Part shown: piece by piece, positions 58,501 through 64,000 of the stretch | Layout of the letters: every line of letters starts with the position of its first letter | How positions within the stretch are numbered: the stretch's first letter is position 1 | Origin: a phage | Sequence record: PZ154895.1 | Length of the DNA: 64,000 nucleotides | Reading direction: 5' to 3' (one strand) | Notes under the pieces: model-generated | Database searches by the model: none | What the model saw: only the letters and a program-made list of their open reading frames with translations | What the model was told of the DNA's origin: nothing | Made by a program: the position numbers and the translations under genes

Positions 58501-59469
58501 CGCACCAAATACCATAACTTCTTCATTTGGACGAATATTAGAATTAGTTGTTATAATGCGTAAACGTGCTTTACTATCCCCGTCAAACAGTCTCCATAAT
58601 TTTTCATTATCATCATACATCAAGAAACCATCAATCGATGTACGGCCTTCAATAGAATGAGTTCCATCTTCTTGTATTGAAGTAGTTTCATCGTATGTAG
58701 TAACAATTGTATGATAAAGAGGATTTAATTTATCCAAATCGACGAAATTAATAATATCGCCGTGATTAGCAAATCTCGGAAGTTTAATATTTATCGGTGC
58801 AGCAGAAGTAAATCTACGTACGATAAAATCATTAGATTGCGCTTGATAAGTATTCGCTGGTGTTACAACTACAGCTTCTCTACTATAATCAGCTACATAC
58901 ATTTGCCACAGACGATTACTAAAAATTAAAACTAACTGCGACTTTGGATGAGTCATTAGTACTGAACGTACTTGTTCGCCTCTAAAGTTTACAATACTTT
59001 GCACTGGAGCTACAATTAAAACTTGATTAACTCCAGGTTTTCCTCCAATATCTTGGAGAACGATAGTATCACCGTCAATTGGAGTAGATGGTAAAGTAAA
59101 TGTAATATCATTACCAGCTGCAGTGTTAACTGAAATAGCTTCACCGGATTTTAATTGATATGAACCAGATGAAACTGTAATCCAGTTAGCATCAGTACGT
59201 AATGCTCTCCAGCGCCCGCTATTAAAAGCTCCTGCCGGTTTTGGAATATCATTTATAGCAGCCCAAAAGCGGTTATCATAAATGATTACAAAATCTTTTA
59301 AATATCCACGAGTTGGATCATATTGTTGAACTGTGTTTTCTTGAATTAGGTAATCAACGTTAACACCGTCAGTTCCTACGGTACGATCAGCTAAAGCTAC
59401 GTTGATTATTTTATCGCCACCTGCGTCCAGACCATCTTCTGCTCTGAACTTTCTTTTAATCTCGGCCAT
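55600..59469 (-). CDS. 34: gp34 long tail fibre proximal subunit
   Basis: 1289 aa, same length as T4 gp34; MAEIKRKFRAEDGLDAGGDKIINVALADRTVGTDGVNVDYL... Confidence 0.95.
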   Translation of the reverse strand: MAEIKRKFRAEDGLDAGGDKIINVALADRTVGTDGVNVDYLIQENTVQQYDPTRGYLKDFVIIYDNRFWAAINDIPKPAGAFNSGRWRALRTDANWITVSSGSYQLKSGEAISVNTAAGNDITFTLPSTPIDGDTIVLQDIGGKPGVNQVLIVAPVQSIVNFRGEQVRSVLMTHPKSQLVLIFSNRLWQMYVADYSREAVVVTPANTYQAQSNDFIVRRFTSAAPINIKLPRFANHGDIINFVDLDKLNPLYHTIVTTYDETTSIQEDGTHSIEGRTSIDGFLMYDDNEKLWRLFDGDSKARLRIITTNSNIRPNEEVMVFGANNGTAQTIELQLPTDISIGDTVKISMNYMRKGQTVKIKAAGEDKIASSVQLLQFPKRSEYPPEAEWVTVQELVFNGETNYVPVLQLAYIEDSDGKYWVVQQNVPTVERVDSLNNSTRARLGVIALATQAQANVDLENSPQKELAITPETLANRTATETRRGIARIATTAQVNQNTTFSFADDIIITPKKLNERTATETRRGVAEIATQQETNAGTDDTTIITPKKLQARQGSESLSGIVTFVSTAGATPASSRELNGTNVYNKNTNNLVVSPKALDQYKATPTQQGAVILAVESEVIAGQSQEGWANAVVTPETLHKKTSTDGRIGLIEIATQSEVNTGTDYTRAVTPKTLNDRKATESLSGVAEIATQVEFDAGVDDTRISTPLKIKTRFNSTDRTSVVALSGLVESGTLWDHYTLNILEANETQRGTLRVATQVEAAAGTLDNVLITPKKLLGTKSTESQEGVIKVATQSETVTGTSANTAVSPKNLKWIVQSEPTWAATTAIRGFVKTSSGSITFVGNDTAGSTQDLELYEKNSYAVSPYELNRVLANYLPLKAKAADTNLLDGLDSSQFIRRDIAQTVNGSLTLTQQTNLSAPLVSSSTATFGGSVSANSTLTISNTGTATRLIFEKGPQTGTNPVQTMTIRVWGNQFGGGSDTTRSTVFEVGDETSNHFYSQRNKAGNITFSINGTVMPINVNASGSLNANGVATFGSSVTANGEFISKSSNAFRAISGNYGFFIRNDGGSTYFMLTASGDQTGGFNGLRPLAINNQSGQVTIGESLIIAKGATINSGGLTVNSRIRSQGTKTADLYTRAPTSDTVGFWSIDINDSATYNQFPGYFKMVEKTNEVTGLPYLERGEEVKSPGTLTQFGNTLDSLYQDWITYPTTPEARTTRWTRTWQKTKNSWSSFVQVFDGGNPPQPSDIGALPSDNATIGNLTIRDFLRIGNVRIIPDPVNKSVKFEWIE

Positions 59470-59503
59470 TCTCCCGGGCTCCTATTGTGTTTTCAATAAT
59501 AAG

Positions 59504-59511
59504 TATTTATA
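59504..59511 (-). promoter_or_regulatory. late promoter TATAAATA for gene 34
   Basis: Exact TATAAATA on - strand 34 nt upstream of gene 34 ATG. Confidence 0.6.
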
Positions 59512-59514
59512 CTT

Positions 59515-59544
59515 GTTTACTTTAAGATTCGGATGGTATATAAT
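59515..59544 (+). promoter_or_regulatory. early promoter for rnh (divergent from gene 34 late promoter)
   Basis: GTTTAC 59515-59520, 18 nt, TGGTATATAAT. Confidence 0.6.
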
Positions 59545-59573
59545 AGAAATCTCACTAATTGAACGAGGTTCAT

Positions 59574-60491
59574 ATGGATTTAGAAATGATGCTGGATGAA
59601 GATTACAAAGAAGGAATCTGCTTAATTGATTTTAGTCAAATTGCGCTTTCAACTGCTCTAGTAAACTTCCCAGATAAAGAAAAAATTAATTTATCAATGG
59701 TTCGTCATTTGATATTGAACTCAATTAAGTTTAATGTCAAAAAAGCAAAAACTCTTGGATACACTAAAATTGTACTGTGTATTGATAACGCGAAATCTGG
59801 ATACTGGCGTCGTGATTTCGCGTACTATTACAAGAAAAACCGTGGAAAAGCACGAGAAGAATCTACTTGGGATTGGGAAGGTTATTTTGAATCCAGTCAT
59901 AAAGTTATAGATGAATTGAAAGCTTATATGCCATACATCGTTATGGATATTGATAAGTATGAAGCAGATGACCATATTGCTGTTCTTGTTAAAAAGTTCT
60001 CCTTAGAAGGACATAAGATTTTAATCATTTCGTCGGATGGTGACTTTACTCAACTTCACAAATACCCAAATGTTAAGCAATGGTCACCGATGCACAAGAA
60101 ATGGGTTAAAATTAAAAGCGGTTCTGCTGAAATTGACTGTATGACTAAAATCCTTAAAGGTGACAAAAAGGATAACGTTGCTTCAGTTAAAGTACGATCT
60201 GACTTTTGGTTTACCAGAGTTGAAGGTGAACGAACTCCTTCAATGAAAACCTCTATTGTTGAAGCTATTGCTAATGACCGTGAGCAAGCTAAGGTGCTTC
60301 TCACTGAATCTGAATATAATCGGTATAAAGAAAATTTAGTTCTAATTGATTTTGATTATATTCCTGATAATATTGCTTCAAACATTGTGAATTACTATAA
60401 TTCATATAAATTACCACCGCGCGGCAAAATTTATTCATATTTTGTAAAAGCGGGTCTTTCTAAATTAACTAATAGCATTAATGAATTTTGA
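59574..60491 (+). CDS. rnh: RNase H (5'-3' exonuclease, FEN-1 family)
   Basis: 305 aa from MDLEMMLDEDYKEGICLIDF...; matches T4 RNase H; track start trimmed. Confidence 0.93.
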   Translation: MDLEMMLDEDYKEGICLIDFSQIALSTALVNFPDKEKINLSMVRHLILNSIKFNVKKAKTLGYTKIVLCIDNAKSGYWRRDFAYYYKKNRGKAREESTWDWEGYFESSHKVIDELKAYMPYIVMDIDKYEADDHIAVLVKKFSLEGHKILIISSDGDFTQLHKYPNVKQWSPMHKKWVKIKSGSAEIDCMTKILKGDKKDNVASVKVRSDFWFTRVEGERTPSMKTSIVEAIANDREQAKVLLTESEYNRYKENLVLIDFDYIPDNIASNIVNYYNSYKLPPRGKIYSYFVKAGLSKLTNSINEF

Positions 60492-60499
60492 GGTGAATA

Positions 60500-60769
60500 A
60501 TGGCTAAAAAAGAAATGATTGAATTTGATGAAGCTATCCATGGCGAAGACTTAGCTAAATTTATTAAAGAAGCATCTGATCATAAACTGAAAATTTCTGG
60601 TTATAATGAATTGATTAAAGATATTCGAATTCGTGCCAAAGATGAACTTGGCGTTGATGGTAAGATGTTTAATCGTCTGTTAGCTTTGTATCATAAAGAT
60701 AACCGTGATGTGTTTGAAGCTGAAACCGAAGAGGTAGTTGAACTTTATGACACAGTTTTCTCTAAATGA
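60500..60769 (+). CDS. dsbA: DsbA double-stranded DNA binding protein (late transcription)
   Basis: 89 aa; MAKKEMIEFDEAIHGEDLAKFIKE...; position between rnh and 33. Confidence 0.85.
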   Translation: MAKKEMIEFDEAIHGEDLAKFIKEASDHKLKISGYNELIKDIRIRAKDELGVDGKMFNRLLALYHKDNRDVFEAETEEVVELYDTVFSK

Positions 60770-61085
60770 TATTCGTCCGGTCGATGAGACCGGTCTTTCA
60801 GAAAAAGAACTTTCAATTAAGAAAGAAAAGGATGAAATAGCAAAACTTCTTGACCGTCAAGAAAATGGATTTATTATTGAAAAAATGGTAGAAGAATTTG
60901 GAATGAGTTATCTTGAAGCTACAACAGCATTCTTGGAAGAAAATTCTATTCCTGAAACTCAATTTGCTAAATTTATTCCTTCGGGTATAATTGAAAAAAT
61001 TCAGTCAGAAGCTATCGACGAAAATCTTTTACGTCCTTCTGTTGTTCGTTGTGAAAAAACTAATACATTAGATTTTCTACTATGA
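60747..61085 (+). CDS. 33: gp33 late transcription co-activator
   Basis: 112 aa from MTQFSLNDIRPVDETGLSEKEL...; track start trimmed. Confidence 0.88.
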   Translation: MTQFSLNDIRPVDETGLSEKELSIKKEKDEIAKLLDRQENGFIIEKMVEEFGMSYLEATTAFLEENSIPETQFAKFIPSGIIEKIQSEAIDENLLRPSVVRCEKTNTLDFLL

Positions 61086-61735
61086 TTAAACTCCGCATGC
61101 CTGCTGGTGGTGAAAGATACATTGATGGTAAATCAGTTTATAAATTATACTTAATGATAAAACAACATATGAATGGAAAGTATGATGTAATTAAGTATAA
61201 TTGGTGCATGCGGGTGTCTGATGCCGCTTATCAAAAGCGAATGGATAAGTATTTTTTCCAGAAGTTATCAGAAAAATATAAATTAAAGGAACTTGCTTTA
61301 ATCTTTATAAGCAATCTTGTTGCTAACCAAGATGCTTGGATTGGTGACATCTCTGACGCTGATGCACTTGTGTTTTATCGTGAATATATCGGACGCTTAA
61401 AGCAAATTAAATTTAAGTTTGAAGAAGATATTCGCAACATTTATTATTTTAGTAAAAAAGTTGAAGTTTCTGCTTTTAAAGAAATTTTTGAATATAATCC
61501 AAAAGTTCAATCAAGTTATATTTTTAAACTACTTCAATCGAATATAATTTCGTTTGAGACGTTTATCTTGCTTGATTCGTTTTTAAATATAATTGATAAA
61601 CATGATGAACAGACTGATAATTTAGTCTGGAATAATTATTCTATAAAGTTAAAAGCTTATAGAAAAATTTTAAATATTGATTCACAGAAAGCTAAAAGTG
61701 TTTTCATTGAAACTGTGAAATCCTGTAAGTATTAA
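61082..61735 (+). CDS. 59: gp59 helicase loader
   Basis: 217 aa; MIKLRMPAGGERYIDGKSVYKLYLMIKQHMNGKYDVIKYNW... Confidence 0.93.
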   Translation: MIKLRMPAGGERYIDGKSVYKLYLMIKQHMNGKYDVIKYNWCMRVSDAAYQKRMDKYFFQKLSEKYKLKELALIFISNLVANQDAWIGDISDADALVFYREYIGRLKQIKFKFEEDIRNIYYFSKKVEVSAFKEIFEYNPKVQSSYIFKLLQSNIISFETFILLDSFLNIIDKHDEQTDNLVWNNYSIKLKAYRKILNIDSQKAKSVFIETVKSCKY

Positions 61736-61736
61736 T

Positions 61737-62369
61737 ATGAATATAGTATATTGGTTTACATTTGAAGACCGTGTCAAAAATAAGACTCCGCCGTACTACT
61801 ATATCGGCAGTAAATTAAATTGCTCATTTGAGAATGGAATAATATATGACTCTTCCGGAAAGGAATACTGGAGCTCATGTAAACAAAAAAGATTTTTGAA
61901 TGCGGTAATGCTTCAAAAACCGAGCGTTAAAATAATTCAAATTGATGATGACTTGGATGTTATTGAAGCAGAACGAAAATACCAACTTGAAGTAAATGCC
62001 AGAGATAATCCAGACTATTTCAATCTGGTATATGCTGGTGGTGGATTTGGTGTGAGTGGTGAAACTCATCCAGCCAAAGACCCGGAAGTTAGAGAGCATA
62101 TGAGATTGGCTAATTATATGAACCGTGACGATTTTAGACCTTGGAAAACATCACGAGCTAATATAGAGTCTTGGAAATTATCTCATATTGCTTACGAGAA
62201 TTATGTGTTATTATTATCCTCTAATCTGTACGGTAAAACTCCTGGATGGCGAAGAGTTAGAGGTAATATAAATATAACTGATGCAACTGCTAAATCGATG
62301 GTAAAGTATTTCAACTCAGGTTGGATACCTCTCGAAGACCCAGAGTATTGCGAATTATGCCAGCTATGA
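61737..62369 (+). CDS. Seg-like (degenerate GIY-YIG) freestanding endonuclease at the segG position
   Basis: 210 aa between 59 and 32; IVYWF...PPYYYIGSK and EAERKYQLEVNARDNPDYFN blocks; paralogue of ORF 4997-5620. Confidence 0.5.
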   Translation: MNIVYWFTFEDRVKNKTPPYYYIGSKLNCSFENGIIYDSSGKEYWSSCKQKRFLNAVMLQKPSVKIIQIDDDLDVIEAERKYQLEVNARDNPDYFNLVYAGGGFGVSGETHPAKDPEVREHMRLANYMNRDDFRPWKTSRANIESWKLSHIAYENYVLLLSSNLYGKTPGWRRVRGNINITDATAKSMVKYFNSGWIPLEDPEYCELCQL

Positions 62370-62424
62370 GGTAAAGTGTCATAGCACCAACTGTTAATTA
62401 AATTAAATTAAAAAGGAAATAAAA

Positions 62425-63381
62425 ATGTTTAAACGTAAATCTACTGCTGAACTCGCTGCACAAATGGCTAAACTGGCTGGAAATAAAGGTGGTTTTTCTT
62501 CTGAAGATAAAGGCGAGTGGAAACTGAAACTCGATAATGCGGGTAACGGTCAAGCAGTAATTCGTTTTCTTCCGTCTAAAAATGATGAACAAGCACCATT
62601 CGCACTTCTTGTAAATCACGGTTTCAAGAAAAATGGTAAATGGTATATTGAAACATGCTCATCTACCTACGGTGATTACGATTCTTGCCCAGTATGTCAG
62701 TACATCAGTAAAAATGATTTGTACAACACTGACAATAAAGAGTACAGTCTTGTTAAACGTAAAACTTCTTACTGGGCTAACATTCTTGTTGTAAAAGACC
62801 CGGCTGCTCCAGAAAATGAAGGTAAAGTATTTAAATACCGTTTTGGTAAGAAAATCTGGGATAAAATCAATGCAATGATTGCAGTTGATGTTGAAATGGG
62901 TGAAACTCCGGTTGATGTAACTTGTCCGTGGGAAGGTGCTAACTTTGTACTGAAAGTTAAACAAGTTTCTGGTTTTAGTAACTACGACGAATCTAAATTC
63001 CTGAATCAATCTGCGATTCCAAACATTGATGATGAATCTTTCCAGAAAGAACTGTTCGAACAAATGGTTGACCTTTCTGAAATGACTTCTAAAGATAAAT
63101 TCAAATCGTTTGAAGAACTGAGCACTAAGTTCAGTCAAGTTATGGGAACTGCTGCTATGGGTGGTGCCGCAGCAACTGCCGCTAAGAAAGCCGATAAAGT
63201 TGCTGATGATTTGGATGCATTCAATGTTGATGACTTCAAAACAAAAACTGAAGATGATTTTATGAGCTCAAGCTCTGGCAGTTCATCTAGTGCTGATGAC
63301 ACGGACCTGGATGACCTTTTGAATGGCTGTTTACATCCTTGTCCTTCCGTGGTACTATACAACTATCGGCAATACTGCTGA
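62425..63381 (+). CDS. 32: gp32 single-stranded DNA binding protein with non-canonical C-terminal tail
   Basis: 318 aa; matches T4 gp32 through ...[18 protein letters not shown], then 18 extra residues [18 protein letters not shown] read through an early-promoter cassette. Confidence 0.88.
   Translation: MFKRKSTAELAAQMAKLAGNKGGFSSEDKGEWKLKLDNAGNGQAVIRFLPSKNDEQAPFALLVNHGFKKNGKWYIETCSSTYGDYDSCPVCQYISKNDLYNTDNKEYSLVKRKTSYWANILVVKDPAAPENEGKVFKYRFGKKIWDKINAMIAVDVEMGETPVDVTCPWEGANFVLKVKQVSGFSNYDESKFLNQSAIPNIDDESFQKELFEQMVDLSEMTSKDKFKSFEELSTKFSQVMGTAAMGGAAATAAKKADKVADDLDAFNVDDFKTKTEDDFMSSSSGSSSSADDTDLDDLLNGCLHPCPSVVLYNYRQYC
63329..63358 (+). promoter_or_regulatory. early promoter cassette embedded in the 3' end of the gene 32 ORF
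   Basis: GTTTAC 63329-63334, 18 nt, TGGTACTATAC; near-identical to cassette at 15901-15945. Confidence 0.55.
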
Positions 63382-63401
63382 TGATTAAAGAGGAAAATAA
63401 T

Positions 63402-63629
63402 ATGGCTAAAGTTGATATTGACATCGTTGATTTTGAATATATTGAAGAAATTATTCGTAATCGTTATCCTGAACTTAGTATCACAAGCGTGCAAGATTCT
63501 AAGTTTTGGAGTATTCAAATCGTTATTAAAGGTCCTCTTGAAGACCTCACCCTCTTTATGGCTAATGAATATTGTGATGGCATGGATTCTGAAGACGCAG
63601 AATTTTACATGGGACTGATTGAACAATAA
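63402..63629 (+). CDS. hypothetical acidic protein, 75 aa
   Basis: GAGGAAAATAATATG leader; track ORF 63339 trimmed. Confidence 0.45.
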   Translation: MAKVDIDIVDFEYIEEIIRNRYPELSITSVQDSKFWSIQIVIKGPLEDLTLFMANEYCDGMDSEDAEFYMGLIEQ

Positions 63630-63665
63630 TTATCAAGGGGCTATTACAGCCCCGTTAAAATGAGG

Positions 63666-64000
63666 AAAATCAAAAATGGAAATCGGCAAAAAATATGAGT
63701 TAAATCCACACCGTATTAAATCTTTCATTGATATTAGTTCATCAAATGCTAGTATGGTCGGCATCATTCAAGAAAATGGTGGTTGGTTTGAAGTTAAATC
63801 AATATCAAGTTTAGATGGCTTTGATTATGTAACCGAAATCATTTGTGCTAACGGTGAAATCTATAATGATGATGGTATGGGTGATGATTATTTTGAACTT
63901 AGTGAAGAAGAGTTTTATTGTTTCCGCGAATATAAAGAACCGACTTCTGAAGAGGATGAAGTTAAAGACAAGGTTTCTGGCGTAACAAAAATTCACTGCA
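63666..64000 (+). CDS. hypothetical protein, 5' part (runs off window end)
   Basis: GAGGAAA RBS, ATG 63666, open to window end. Confidence 0.45.

Noticed and set aside
50539-59469. Many 60-130 aa ORFs on the opposite strand or in other frames inside tail fibre genes 34-37 (for example 52253-52501, 52501-52797, 53087-53296, 57811-58053)
   Set aside because: They lie wholly inside long, confidently identified genes and have no ribosome-binding sites; typical six-frame noise in long ORFs.
63637-63657. Hairpin GGGGCT-ATTACA-AGCCCC after ORF 63402-63629 as a terminator
   Set aside because: It has a 6-nt loop and is followed by GTTAAAA rather than a T run; weaker than the other terminators, so it is not listed as a feature.
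1-64000. CRISPR array, tRNA/rRNA genes, integrase or prophage att sites
   Set aside because: The only recurring short repeats are promoter cassettes and UUCG terminator hairpins at irregular kilobase spacing; no cloverleaf-like or repeat-spacer structure was seen; the gene content is that of a strictly lytic T-even phage.

Overview
This window is a contiguous segment of a T4-like (T-even, Tequatrovirus-type) coliphage genome, in reverse-complement orientation relative to the usual T4 map. All gene identifications rest on recognising protein sequences, lengths and gene order from memory of phage T4; no database search was run. On the + strand it runs from the gene 55 region through alpha-gt, 47, 46, the 45-44-62-regA-43 replication operon, imm, 42, uvsX-40-41, dmd, sp, 61, 56, soc, modB/modA, srd, dda, dexA, a fused gene 39, rIIA, rIIB, denB, ndd, stp, 52, motA, arn and asiA. 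It then meets the late-gene block on the - strand (t, 38, 37, 36, 35, 34) and ends with rnh, dsbA, 33, 59, 32 on the + strand. The genome is not T4 itself: it differs in at least seven places (listed in the findings). Almost every intergenic gap carries either a GGGC-TTCG-GCCC type intrinsic terminator or a GTTTAC-N18-TAnnnT early promoter; MotA-box middle promoters and TATAAATA late promoters are also readable. No rRNA, tRNA, CRISPR array, integrase or intron was found. I could not single out one clearly undescribed system; the strongest candidates are the non-T4 glycosyltransferase, the altered gp32 tail and the unannotated small ORFs beside known anti-defence genes.
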